Shown here in pieces: positions 45,987 through 55,510 of a DNA stretch of 64,000 nucleotides. The notes beneath the pieces are model-generated. The model was given only the letters and a program-made list of their open reading frames with translations, had not been told where the DNA came from and did not search any database. The stretch spans positions 4,416,001-4,480,000 of the forward strand of contig OZ251997.1 in NCBI GenBank assembly GCA_965247095.1, given 5' to 3'. The number at the start of each line of letters is the position of its first letter. Position 1 is the first letter of the stretch. The position numbers were made by a program, and so were the translations under genes. Origin of the DNA: Candidatus Multivorans sp. Lineage in GTDB: Bacteria > Acidobacteriota > Thermoanaerobaculia > Multivoradales > Multivoraceae.

Positions 45987-47324
45987 CTACAGCGACCAGC
46001 CTTCCCGATACGTCGGCTGGATGTACTCCCGCGGCACGACGACGCCGTTGGTCACCTTCAGCTTCTTCGGGTTCCAGACGATCTTCCGCTGCGAGCGGAC
46101 CGCCAGGTTGCCGAGCAACGCGGTCTCGGTCATCGGGCCCGCGTGATCTGCGAAGTTGGAACCGTCCGGGTTCGTGGTGCCCGTCTTGATCGCGTCGATC
46201 CACTGCTTGTAGTGGCCATCGGTGCGCTCGTAGGTCTGCGGAACCGGGTTCTTGGCGATCTTCTCGTGCAGCTCCGTCGGGTAAATCGTCGGCTTGCCGG
46301 CGTAGATGTCGGCGGTGATCACGCCCTTGGCGCCGACGAACAACTGGCCGCTGTTGCCCGGCGGCCACTTGCCCTCGAACACCTTCGGCATCTGCGGCGT
46401 CAGGTTGCCGTCGCGCCAGACGACGGTCATCTTCGGGCGATTGCCGCGGGCGGGGTACTCGAAGGTGATCCGGGTCGAGGCGGGCGCCGTCTCCTTGAAC
46501 AGCGGCGTCGACTCGGCGTAGACGGACGACGGGTCGCGCAGGTCGAAGATCCAGAACGCGGCGTCCATCGCGTGGCAGGCAATGTCGCCGATCGCGCCGG
46601 TGCCGAAGTCCCACCAGCCGCGCCAGGCGAACGGGTGGTAGTACTCGGAATGGTAGGGGCGCTCGGGCGCGGGGCCGAGCCACAGATCCCAGGCAACGTG
46701 CTCCGGCACCTCGTGGACTTCTTCGGGGCGCTTCATCGCCTGCGGCCAGATCGGCCGGTTCGTCCAGTACTCGACCCGATCCACCTCGCCGATCACGCCG
46801 GCTTCGATCCACTCGCGGATCAGGCGCGTGCCTTCGCCCGCGTGGCCCTGGTTGCCCATCTGGGTCGCGGTCCCCGCCTTGCGGGCGGCCTCGCCGATCA
46901 TCCGCGCCTCCCAGATCGTCCGCGTCAGCGGCTTCTGGGTGAAGACGTGGAGGCCGCGTTCGAGCGCCGCCGCGGTGATCACGGCGTGGGTGTGATCGGC
47001 GGTCGACACCATGACCGCGTCGAGCTCGTCGCCGTGCGCGTCGAGCAGCTCGCGGTAGTCGTGGTAGCGCGCCGCGTCGGGATGCGCTTCCACGGTCTCC
47101 TTCGCCCGCTCCCAGTCGATGTCGCAGAGGGCCACGATGTTCTCGCTCGCAACGCCGACGACGTCGCTCCGTCCCTTGCCGCCGGCGCCGATGGCAGCGA
47201 TGTTCAGTTTGTCGCTGGGCGCTTCCTGGCCCCGGCCGAGGACGTGCCGTGGGACGATCATCCATCCCGCACCGGCGGCGGTGGCGCCCAGCATCGTGCG
47301 CCGGGTCATCTCTTGCGTAGGCAT
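45987..47324 (-). CDS. Tat-exported Gfo/Idh/MocA oxidoreductase
   Basis: TRRTML twin-arginine motif, IGAGGKG, QKPLT, WDLWLGPAP, WRGWWDFGTG. Confidence 0.9.
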   Translation of the reverse strand: MPTQEMTRRTMLGATAAGAGWMIVPRHVLGRGQEAPSDKLNIAAIGAGGKGRSDVVGVASENIVALCDIDWERAKETVEAHPDAARYHDYRELLDAHGDELDAVMVSTADHTHAVITAAALERGLHVFTQKPLTRTIWEARMIGEAARKAGTATQMGNQGHAGEGTRLIREWIEAGVIGEVDRVEYWTNRPIWPQAMKRPEEVHEVPEHVAWDLWLGPAPERPYHSEYYHPFAWRGWWDFGTGAIGDIACHAMDAAFWIFDLRDPSSVYAESTPLFKETAPASTRITFEYPARGNRPKMTVVWRDGNLTPQMPKVFEGKWPPGNSGQLFVGAKGVITADIYAGKPTIYPTELHEKIAKNPVPQTYERTDGHYKQWIDAIKTGTTNPDGSNFADHAGPMTETALLGNLAVRSQRKIVWNPKKLKVTNGVVVPREYIQPTYREGWSL

Positions 47325-47449
47325 CAGAACCTGCCTTTCCGTGTTTCTTCGTGCAGCCTGGGTGTGAGGTAGGTTACCGCAACCCTTGAACGTAAGAGGC
47401 AAGGGGAGCCGCCAATGCTCCGTCGCGCGCCCAGGGAGGAAGCACCGAG

Positions 47450-49501
47450 ATGTCAGGCTGCACGATGACACTTAGGAGGAGTCTCGACGGAGGCCGCGCA
47501 GGCGGCGGATGGCCCCGAGTGGCCTTGCTCTGCATGGTCTGCTGCGTCGCTGGCGGATCAGGCGCTCCGGGCGCGGAGTCCGCGAAGCAGGGGCACTCGG
47601 CCGACGGGGAATGGCGGCACCACGGCGGCGACCACGCCTCGAGCCGCTACTCGCCGGCGGCCCAGATCGACGGCTCGAACTTCGGCCGGTTGGACGTCGC
47701 GTGGCGGTGGCGGACGCCGGATCACGAGGTGCCGCTCGACGTCCTGCCGGGCTACGACACCGGCCACTACCGCTCCGTACCGCTGATGATCGGCGGCCGA
47801 CTGTTTGCGCCCACCAGCCTCGGACAGGTGGCGCTGCTCGATCCGGCGACCGGCGAGCAGCAGTGGGTCTACAACCCTCGGACCTGGGAGCGCGGCGGCA
47901 CCACGATGCGCCCGGTCGGCGCGCGCGGCATCGAGTACTGGTCCGACGGCGAGAAGGAACGGCTGTTCGTTGCGACGATCGGCCGCCAGCTCGTCTCGAT
48001 CGACGCCGCCACCGGCGAGGCCGACCGCGCCTTCGGCGAGGACGGCGTGGTCGACCTGGCGCGCGATCTCGGCCCGGGCGAGTACACCGTTCGCCACATC
48101 ACCCATGGCGCACCGCCGATCGTGGTCGGCAACAGCGTCATCGTGGGCTCCAAGATCTTCGACTACTCGACGAAGAGCGACGCGCCGCCGGGACACGTCC
48201 GGGCCTACGACGTCCACACCGGCGAGTTCAAGTGGCGCTTCAACACCATCCCGCGGGACGACGAGGTCGGGGTCGAGACCTGGGAGAACGAGTCCTGGCG
48301 CACCGCCGGCAACGCGAACGTGTGGACGGCGATGAGCGCCGACCACGAACTGGGCTACGTCTACCTGCCGACGAGCACGCCTTCGAACGACTACTACGGC
48401 GCCGACCGGCCAGGCGCCAACCTGTTCGCGGAGAGCCTGGTCTGCGTCGACGCGGACACCGGCGAGCGCATCTGGCACTTCCAGACCGTCCACCACGGCA
48501 TCTGGGACTACGACATCGCCTCGCCCCCGAACCTGATCGACATCGTCACAGACGGCAAGCTGATCAAGGCGGTGGCCCAGGTCTCGAAGACCGGCTTCAC
48601 CTACGTCTTCGACCGCGCGACCGGCGAGCCGGTCTGGCCGATCGAGGAGCGGCCGGTGAACGCCAAGTCGACGGTGGCGGGCGAGAAGCTGTCGCAGACG
48701 CAGCCGTTCCCGACCAAACCGCCGGCGTTCGAGCGCCAGGGCGTCAGCGAGAACGACCTGATCGACTGGACCCCGGAGCTGCGCGCAGAAGCGCTCAAGA
48801 TCGCCGAGAAGCTGGTGCTGGCGCCGATGTTCCCACCCCTGATCGTCCAGGGCGAGGGCGGCAAGGAGGGAGTGCTCGTGGTTCCAGGGGCCGCCGGCGG
48901 CGCCAACTGGCCCGGCGCCTCGGTCGACCCGATGACGGGCACGCTCTTCGTCGAGTCGCAGAATCGGCCCACAGGCATGTCCCTGGTGGCGCCGGATGCG
49001 GCCCGTTCCGACTGGCGCTACGTGATCGACTACGTCGACACGAGTGGGCCGCAGGGCCTGCCGTTGACCAAGCCGCCGTACCGGACCATCACCGCGATCG
49101 ACCTGAACCGGGGCGAGCACCGCTGGCGGATCCCCGTCGGCGCCGGCCCGAAGAACCATCCGGCGATCGCGCACCTGAACCTGGACGACATGGGCACCGT
49201 CTACTTCGGCATGCCGGCCGAAGGCGGTCTGCTCGTCACTCGCACCCTGTTGATCGGTTTCGTCGCCGTGGACGAGGACGGCAACCGCTCGGCCGAAGGC
49301 GGCCTTCTGCGCGCCTACGACAAGGCGACCGGTGAGTTGCTCGCGGAAGTGGAAACCGATATCTGGCTGCACGGCCCGCCGATGACCTACATGCATCAGG
49401 GCCGGCAGTACATCGTCGTCGCCGGCGGGGGCGCGCGGAACCGCCGGGTGCCCGACGAGTTGATTGCCTACGCGTTGCCGGAGTCGACGATTGGAGGCTA
49501 A
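47450..49501 (+). CDS. PQQ-dependent dehydrogenase, paralog of 31099-33168
   Basis: ANVWT, HFQTVHHGIWDYD, QPFPTKP, GGANW, PMTY. Confidence 0.92.
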   Translation: MSGCTMTLRRSLDGGRAGGGWPRVALLCMVCCVAGGSGAPGAESAKQGHSADGEWRHHGGDHASSRYSPAAQIDGSNFGRLDVAWRWRTPDHEVPLDVLPGYDTGHYRSVPLMIGGRLFAPTSLGQVALLDPATGEQQWVYNPRTWERGGTTMRPVGARGIEYWSDGEKERLFVATIGRQLVSIDAATGEADRAFGEDGVVDLARDLGPGEYTVRHITHGAPPIVVGNSVIVGSKIFDYSTKSDAPPGHVRAYDVHTGEFKWRFNTIPRDDEVGVETWENESWRTAGNANVWTAMSADHELGYVYLPTSTPSNDYYGADRPGANLFAESLVCVDADTGERIWHFQTVHHGIWDYDIASPPNLIDIVTDGKLIKAVAQVSKTGFTYVFDRATGEPVWPIEERPVNAKSTVAGEKLSQTQPFPTKPPAFERQGVSENDLIDWTPELRAEALKIAEKLVLAPMFPPLIVQGEGGKEGVLVVPGAAGGANWPGASVDPMTGTLFVESQNRPTGMSLVAPDAARSDWRYVIDYVDTSGPQGLPLTKPPYRTITAIDLNRGEHRWRIPVGAGPKNHPAIAHLNLDDMGTVYFGMPAEGGLLVTRTLLIGFVAVDEDGNRSAEGGLLRAYDKATGELLAEVETDIWLHGPPMTYMHQGRQYIVVAGGGARNRRVPDELIAYALPESTIGG

Positions 49502-49505
49502 GTCA

Positions 49506-50270
49506 ATGAAAAGCAGTCCCTGGGAACGCGGGCATCCTGCCCGCATCCGGCGCGAAGCGCCGGCAATTGGCTTCGTGGGGGTTGTGTTGATGTCACTCTT
49601 CTTTCTGGCCTTCGGCGCGCTGCCCGTCGCCGCCGAATGCGAGCCTCGAGAGGCCGAAGGCCCGGTCACCGTCGAGTCCTGCCCGATCGAGAACGCCGAC
49701 TACCCCCTGGTGCGGGCAGAGATGACAGTCCGAGGTTCCATGTCGGCAGTCATCGCTCTCCTCGCCGACGCCGCGGCCTGCCCCGACTGGCAGTCCATGT
49801 GCGTCGAAGAACGCGCGACCCCGCTCGACGCCCCGTTTCAGACCCTGCGCCAACGCGTCTCCGGCAAGGGCATCAGCCGGCGCATCACCATGGACCGCGC
49901 GTCATGGTGGCGGACCGCCGACGGCCACGTCATCGGCGACATGGCCGGCGCCGACGACATGACACCCGAATTCAAGGGGAAGCGGGTCCTCTGCGTGCGG
50001 TCACGCTGGTTCCTGGCCCCCGGTGACGAAGAAGGAACGATCGAGATCGTTCAGGAAACCGTCAGCGACCCGCAACCCCCCTTCGGCCTCGGCGCGGGAG
50101 CCGTGACGCCCCGCACCGCGAAGACGCTGCTCGAGACGTTTTCGAACCTCGGCGCCCGGCTCGGTGCCGGCCAGCACGGCGCCGGCCCGGACATCGAGTC
50201 GTTGCCGCTTCTGGAGACGGACCTGCCGGACATCGGCGCCGAGTTCGCCCGCTGCCAGGCGGCGCGGTAA
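49506..50270 (+). CDS. Secreted START/SRPBCC-like protein
   Basis: GGAGG RBS 8 nt before ATG; signal peptide; L.D....PDW...C and SDP pattern. Confidence 0.6.
   Translation: MKSSPWERGHPARIRREAPAIGFVGVVLMSLFFLAFGALPVAAECEPREAEGPVTVESCPIENADYPLVRAEMTVRGSMSAVIALLADAAACPDWQSMCVEERATPLDAPFQTLRQRVSGKGISRRITMDRASWWRTADGHVIGDMAGADDMTPEFKGKRVLCVRSRWFLAPGDEEGTIEIVQETVSDPQPPFGLGAGAVTPRTAKTLLETFSNLGARLGAGQHGAGPDIESLPLLETDLPDIGAEFARCQAAR
49518..49565 (+). repeat. REP family B, in-frame within a signal peptide
   Basis: 48 nt encoding [16 protein letters not shown]; identical to the intergenic copy at 12143-12189. Confidence 0.85.
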
Positions 50271-50383
50271 GCCGCGTCGGTCACGCCTGTCTAGGGTGGG
50301 GCAGGCTGTTCAACAGCTCGGCTTCGCCCAGGAGACGGTTGCCTGATTGCCTCGGGTTGACCGAGTCACGCCAGCATGACAGA

Positions 50384-50403
50384 GTGTCTCGCAGATGAGA
50401 TAC
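50384..50403. promoter_or_regulatory. Putative RelB/DinJ operator
   Basis: GTGTCTC-N6-GAGATAC inverted repeat just upstream of the RBS. Confidence 0.5.
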
Positions 50404-50414
50404 GGGAGGCTCCG

Positions 50415-50696
50415 ATGACGACGGAGAGTTCGATGCTGCACGTCCGGATGGACACCGAGATGAAGCAGAAAGCGACCGCGGCGCTCACGGCGATGGGACT
50501 GACGGCCTCGGAAGCCGTGCGGCTACTGTTTCACCGCATCGCCGTCGATCAGGCCTTCCCGCTCGAACTCAAGGTGCCGAACGCGCAGACCCGCCACGCC
50601 ATGGCCGAGGTGGACGAGATGGTGAAGAAGCGCAGCGCGCGGTTCGCCAGCGCGGACGAGGTGTTTGCGGAGCCTGAAGAAGCCAGCGGCCAGTAA
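50415..50696 (+). CDS. dinJ: RelB/DinJ antitoxin
   Basis: MLHVRMD..MK..A...L..MGLT.SEAVRL, FPLELKVPN. Confidence 0.88.
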   Translation: MTTESSMLHVRMDTEMKQKATAALTAMGLTASEAVRLLFHRIAVDQAFPLELKVPNAQTRHAMAEVDEMVKKRSARFASADEVFAEPEEASGQ

Positions 50697-50716
50697 ACGG
50701 GCCAAGCTGCCGCGCC
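50665..50716 (+). pseudogene. YafQ-like toxin N-terminal stub
   Basis: Overlapping frame LRSLKKPAASKRAKLPR resembles the basic leader of YafQ partners; no RNase core follows. Confidence 0.5.
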
Positions 50717-50771
50717 AGGAGAGGGCCTGGGAGATGCGAGGGGAGCAGTATGTTCTGATGAAGTCCCCATC

Positions 50772-50813
50772 GGCCTCGGGGAGCCGGCGCTGCAGGAGAC
50801 CGGCGTTCCCAGG
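50772..50813 (-). repeat. REP-B variant
   Basis: Reverse complement CCTGGGAACGCCGGTCTCCTGCAGCGCCGGC; same CCTGGGAAC end, just after a stop codon. Confidence 0.55.
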
Positions 50814-50815
50814 CG

Positions 50816-51832
50816 TTACCCCAGCACGATCTCCGCCGCCTGCCGCAGCTCGTCCTTGCTGGCGGCGCCGACCATCAGGGTGGTCACGTCGCTGTCTTCG
50901 AAGGCCTGGAGGCGGTCCTTGATCCGTTCGGGAGGGCCGACGAGGGAGATCTCGTCGGCGAAGCCGTCGGGAACGGCGGCGATTGCTTCCGCTCGCTTGC
51001 CGGACATGAACAGGTCCTGGATTTGGAAGGACTCGGCCTCCCAGCCCATGCGGGCCATCAGTTCGCGGTGAAAATTGCGCTTCTTGGCGCCCATGCCGCC
51101 GACGTAGAGGGCCAGGGACTGCTTGATCGGCAGCAGGGCCTCGGCGACATCGTCGTGGACCCGGAGCCGGGCGCCGTAGGGGACTTCGAAGTCGTCCCGG
51201 TGGCCGGCCAGGGACTCGGCGTAGACCTCGGGGCGGTAGGGGGAGTAGTAGAGGGGCAGCCAGCCGCTGCAGAGTTCGGCGGCGAGGGCGACGTTCTTGG
51301 GCCCTTCGGCGCCGAGGAAGATCGGCAGATCGGAGCGCAATGGATGGACGATCGAGCGCAGCGGCTTGCCGAGACCCCAGGAGCCCTCGCCGGTGTAGGG
51401 GAGCTGGTAGTGCTCGCTGTGCTGGGTCACCGGCTCCTGGCGGGCGAGGATCTTCTGGATGATCTCGATGTAGGCGCGGGTGCGCGACAGGGGCTTGGCG
51501 AAGGGTTGCCCGTACCAGCCCTCGACGACCTGGGGGCCGGAGACGCCGAGGCCGAGGATGACCCGGCCCTGGGACAGGTGGTCCAGGGTCATTGCGTGCA
51601 TCGCCGTGGCGGCAGGCGTGCGCGCCGAGATCTGGGCGATGCCGGTGCCGAGGCGGATCTTCGAAGTGTGGGCGCCGATCCAGGTCAGGGGCGTGAACAC
51701 GTCCGATCCCCATGCCTCGGCGGTGAAGACGCAGTCGTAGCCGAGCGCTTCCGCTTCGACTGCCATATCGACGAAGTCGGGGCGCGGTCCCGCGCCCCAG
51801 TAACCGAGCTGGAGTCCGAGTTTGAGTGCCAT
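50816..51832 (-). CDS. LLM-class F420-dependent oxidoreductase (Rv3520c-like)
   Basis: AEAWGSD, ARTPAA, LGLGVSGPQVVEGWYG, GPKNV. Confidence 0.92.
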   Translation of the reverse strand: MALKLGLQLGYWGAGPRPDFVDMAVEAEALGYDCVFTAEAWGSDVFTPLTWIGAHTSKIRLGTGIAQISARTPAATAMHAMTLDHLSQGRVILGLGVSGPQVVEGWYGQPFAKPLSRTRAYIEIIQKILARQEPVTQHSEHYQLPYTGEGSWGLGKPLRSIVHPLRSDLPIFLGAEGPKNVALAAELCSGWLPLYYSPYRPEVYAESLAGHRDDFEVPYGARLRVHDDVAEALLPIKQSLALYVGGMGAKKRNFHRELMARMGWEAESFQIQDLFMSGKRAEAIAAVPDGFADEISLVGPPERIKDRLQAFEDSDVTTLMVGAASKDELRQAAEIVLG

Positions 51833-52145
51833 GGCGGCGGAAGCTAGCAGGTGTGGATCGGCCCGCAGCCTCCCGCCGCGTGCTCGGCGAAGCCGAAGCC
51901 GCCGAAGAAGCCGCCAACCAACGGTGGCGCGAGGTTGGGCCGCCGAAGCCGCCGCCTGGAAGGAGTTTCAGGCGGAAGCAGGCGCCAGCATCCGGGCGGG
52001 CCGCGGCGTTACCGACCTGCGACACCCCGGATCGAGGCTGAGCCATCGACAGTCCGCATGGCGTTACGCCCGCGACCAGCTCGGCCGCGGTGTACGCGAA
52101 CCGGAGTGCTACGCTAAGCGCTGGGAGTGAGGGGAAGCCTAGGCG

Positions 52146-52349
52146 ATGAAGCTGCAGGTCGTGATTCATGAGGCCGACGAGGGCGGATACTGGGCGGAAG
52201 TACCGTCTATCCCGGGTTGTGCCACCCAGGGAGATTCCTTCGAAGAACTGCTGAACAACCTTTACGAGGCGATCGAGGGGTGCCTTTCCGTTGAAGTCGC
52301 TGACGTTCCTGTCTCCGGCACGGACCGGGTCATCGAAATCGCTGTGTGA
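52146..52349 (+). CDS. hicB: HicB antitoxin
   Basis: EGGYWAEVPSIPGCATQGDS.EE. Confidence 0.9.
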   Translation: MKLQVVIHEADEGGYWAEVPSIPGCATQGDSFEELLNNLYEAIEGCLSVEVADVPVSGTDRVIEIAV

Positions 52350-52549
52350 AGGCCCTGACCGGCAAGCAGTTCTGCTCGCTGCTCGAATCGCGAGGATGGC
52401 AGTTGAAGCGGATCCGAGGCAGCCATCACATCTTCGTCAAGCCGGGCTTTGCGGTTCGTATCTCGGTTCCAGTCCACAGGGGCACACTGAAGGGCGGCCT
52501 TCAACGACACCTGATGAAGCTCGCCCAGATCAAGGACTCGGAGTTGTAA
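52346..52549 (+). CDS. hicA: HicA toxin, intact
   Basis: GWQLKRIRGSHHIF, VPVH. Confidence 0.9.
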   Translation: MKALTGKQFCSLLESRGWQLKRIRGSHHIFVKPGFAVRISVPVHRGTLKGGLQRHLMKLAQIKDSEL

Positions 52550-52806
52550 GCTCCGCCATCCACGCCAAACAGGGGACGTGCGCTCCCAAACGTCGCGGCA
52601 TGGTGGCCGTTTTGAGGGGCAGCCTTGAGTCGATCGAGGCCTGATCGCGGCTGGCGCTGGCCCGAATGAGGTAGACGAGAGTTCCAGCCCGCCTCTGTGG
52701 TCCGCTTCAACGTTCCCCCGATTTGCCGGGGCTGGCCAGGAGGCGTAGCGTGCCGTAGGGCACCCTTGGGCCTTGTCGCCGGCTGCCGGCGAAGGCGATC
52801 AGTTCA

Positions 52807-53412
52807 TTGGGCCAGCCCCGCTTCGGCGGTGCCATGCTTACTGTAGTGTCCCTCAAGGCCATGAAGCTTGAGCCGCTTGACACCGGTGTTCCCGTAGTGG
52901 AGCGTGTCCGTGCTGCGCTCGCCAGCGGTGCCGACTTGTTGGCCAGAGACGAGTTCGGCTGGACGCTTCTGCACGAAGCTGCCTGCGAGGGGGATGCTGA
53001 GGCCGTCAGGCTGCTGATCTGCGCTGGTGCCGAACCGAACGTGGTGGTGCAGGGCGATGGGGATGACAACTACGGTCAGACGCCTCTGCACTGTGCTGCC
53101 CGAAACGGCAATCTTGAGTCGGTGCGGGCGCTGGTCGCGGCCGGCGCCGACGTGAGTGCGCGGGCCGAGGAAGGCGAGACGCCTTTGCACGTTGCTGTCG
53201 TCTTCGGCTCTTCGGAGCTGGCGTATGCGCGAAGCCACCCTGGCGACGAGCGGGAAGGGAAGGGCAAATCGGGAGCGCTCCCGCGGGGGTTTACTCGCTA
53301 CGTTGAGTCAGTGAAGGTGCTGCTCAACGCCGGCGCCGACCCAAGTGCGCGAACCGAATCGGGCGTGACGCCTCTGCACCTGGCTGTCGACGGCGACTTT
53401 TTCGGCGATTGA
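52807..53412 (+). pseudogene. Ankyrin-repeat protein, 5' fragment
   Basis: GWTLLHEAA, GQTPLHCAA, GETPLHVA, GVTPLHLA; ends mid-repeat in DFFGD*. Confidence 0.75.
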
Positions 53413-53413
53413 G

Positions 53414-53716
53414 GTGCAGGTCCCTTGGGAGGAGGACGTGAGCGTGACGGAGGACGCGCTTCGGGTCGAGCTGTCGGATGGGCGTACGGTCTGGGTGCCG
53501 GTAGCCTGGTATCCGCGACTGGTTCATGCCACGGTGAGGGAACGGGCGAACTGGGAACTGATCGGGAATGGAGTCGGCATTCGTTGGCCTGACCTGGACG
53601 AGGACGTCAGTGTCGAGGGTTTGATCGCCGGTCGTTCGTCGGGTGAGAGTCAGCGGTCACTGCGCCGATGGCTGGAGGCCCGGGCCTCGATGCGGCACGG
53701 CGTGGACCCAGAGTAG
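53414..53716 (+). CDS. DUF2442 protein (DhiA-like antitoxin)
   Basis: LSDGR...VPVAWYPRL..AT..ER.NWELIG.G.GIRWPDLDED.SVEGL. Confidence 0.85.
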   Translation: MQVPWEEDVSVTEDALRVELSDGRTVWVPVAWYPRLVHATVRERANWELIGNGVGIRWPDLDEDVSVEGLIAGRSSGESQRSLRRWLEARASMRHGVDPE

Positions 53717-53765
53717 GTTGCTCGTTCTTGCGGCACCGTTCTGGCGGTGCCAGTCGCGTAGTAGG

Positions 53766-54235
53766 GTGGCACGAGACGACTTGGGCCACACGCCCCTCCA
53801 CTTTACTGCTTGGTATGGGAGCCCCGAGTCGGTGGAGGCGCTGCTAGCTGCTGGCGCCGACGCGAACGCCAGAAACGAGGTTGGAGATACGCCCCCTCAT
53901 GTGGCTGCCTCTGGTGCCAGGCTGGGAGCACTGAAAGCGATCATCGCGGCCGGCAGCCACCTGAACCTGCGGAACGAGTACGGCTTCATGCCCATCCATC
54001 AAGCCGCTACCTGCCCCGCTCTTTCTCTCTGCGCCGAGGCGATCAGGGTGTTGATCGCCGCCGGTTCGGACCCGAATGCGCGAATCGGTGATTGCGGAGA
54101 GGACCATCATGGGAAGTGCTGCAGGCGAACGCGAATCTGGACGAGGTGAAGGGGTCGGACGACTACTGGCGTTTGAACGACGCCCGCTTCAACCATCCGC
54201 CGGCGGCTGACCCCGGCGAACCCGACGTGCCGTAG
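53766..54235 (+). pseudogene. Ankyrin-repeat protein, 3' fragment with frameshift
   Basis: GHTPLH, GDTPPH, GFMPIH repeats; tail WEVLQAN..KGSDDYWRLNDARF in another frame, stop at 54233-35. Confidence 0.7.
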
Positions 54236-54281
54236 AGCAGTCAGCGACCACGGCGTCTGCAGCGCTTGATAGCTTGCGCCC

Positions 54282-55493
54282 GTGTCGGTGAAGGACCAGT
54301 TCGACGCACTCCGCATTGAGGACCTGGCGGCCCGCACCGGGTTCAAGTGGAGCCGCTACACTGCCAATGGCAGCGGGATTTTGCCGGCGTGGGTGGCGGA
54401 CATGGACTTTCCCATCGCCGAGCCGATTCAGCGCGTGGTGCGGAACCTGGTCGAGCGGTCCGACCTCGGCTACTGCGAGCCGCCGGATATCGGCGATCTG
54501 CCCGAGATCTTCGGCCGGCGGATGGAGGAGCAGCTTGGCTGGACGGTGGCGCCGGAGCGGATCCGCTTCCTGGTCAACGCGCTCCAGGGCCTCGACCTGT
54601 CGCTCATGCTGGGCAGCGAGAAGGGCGATGGGATAGTCGTCCAGACGCCGATCTACCCGCCGTTCCTCGAGGCCGTGGCCGGCACCGGCCGGCGGCTGGC
54701 CGAGTCGCCGCTGCGCCGCGGTGCTGGGTCCGGCGCCGGAAGTGGGCGCTTCGAGATGGACCTCGACCAGTTGCGGTCCGTGATCGACAAGGACACGCGG
54801 GTGTTCATGCTCTGCAACCCGCACAACCCGAGCGGTCGCTCGTGGACCCGGCGCGAGTTGGAGGCGGTCGCGGAGCTCGCGATCGAGCACGACCTGATCG
54901 TGCTTGCCGACGAGATCCACAACGAACTCGTGTTCCCGGGCCACCAGCACACCGTGTTCGAGACTCTGGGCCCCGAGGTCAAGGAGCGCACGGTCACGAT
55001 CACGTCGGCGACCAAGTCGTTCAACCTCGCCGGGCTGGAGCTCGCGCTGCTGGTGTTCGGCAGCGAGAAGTTGAAGAAGCGGTTCGACGAACTGCCGCAT
55101 CTTGTCCTGGCGCATCCCGGCATCCTGGGCGTCGAATCGGCGCGGGTGGCATGGCGCGACGGAGGGCCATGGCTTGCGGAGACGGTGTCCTACCTGGACG
55201 CCAACCGCGCTTTCCTGACGGACTTTCTGAACCGGCGCCTGCCGGGGATCGTGCACGGGCCGCAGGAGGCGACGTACCTCTACTGGCTCGACTGCCGCGG
55301 CCTCGACCTGCCGATGCCGGCGTCCCGGTTCTTCCTCAAGCGGGCGAAGGTGGCGCTCAACGACGGTGCGGAGTTCGGGCCGCCGGGCTCGACGCTCGGC
55401 TTCGAGCGCTGCGCGCGGCTGAACTTTGCCACCTCCCGCGCCATTCTCGAGGAGATCCTCGAGCGGATGGCGGCCGCGGTGGGGAGAGCCTGA
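54282..55493 (+). CDS. patB: MalY/PatB PLP-dependent C-S lyase
   Basis: WVADMDF, LCNPHNPSGR, DEIH, SATKSFNLAG, ATYLYWLD, RLNFA. Confidence 0.9.
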   Translation: MSVKDQFDALRIEDLAARTGFKWSRYTANGSGILPAWVADMDFPIAEPIQRVVRNLVERSDLGYCEPPDIGDLPEIFGRRMEEQLGWTVAPERIRFLVNALQGLDLSLMLGSEKGDGIVVQTPIYPPFLEAVAGTGRRLAESPLRRGAGSGAGSGRFEMDLDQLRSVIDKDTRVFMLCNPHNPSGRSWTRRELEAVAELAIEHDLIVLADEIHNELVFPGHQHTVFETLGPEVKERTVTITSATKSFNLAGLELALLVFGSEKLKKRFDELPHLVLAHPGILGVESARVAWRDGGPWLAETVSYLDANRAFLTDFLNRRLPGIVHGPQEATYLYWLDCRGLDLPMPASRFFLKRAKVALNDGAEFGPPGSTLGFERCARLNFATSRAILEEILERMAAAVGRA

Positions 55494-55510
55494 GAGACTG
55501 GATCGCGCCG

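Noticed and set aside
50301-50320. GCAGGCTGTTCAACAGC resembling an IS terminal repeat
   Set aside because: No partner end or transposase; too short to support.
51833-52145. Possible gene remnant or ncRNA upstream of hicB
   Set aside because: Short ORFs in several frames with no recognisable motif or RNA structure.
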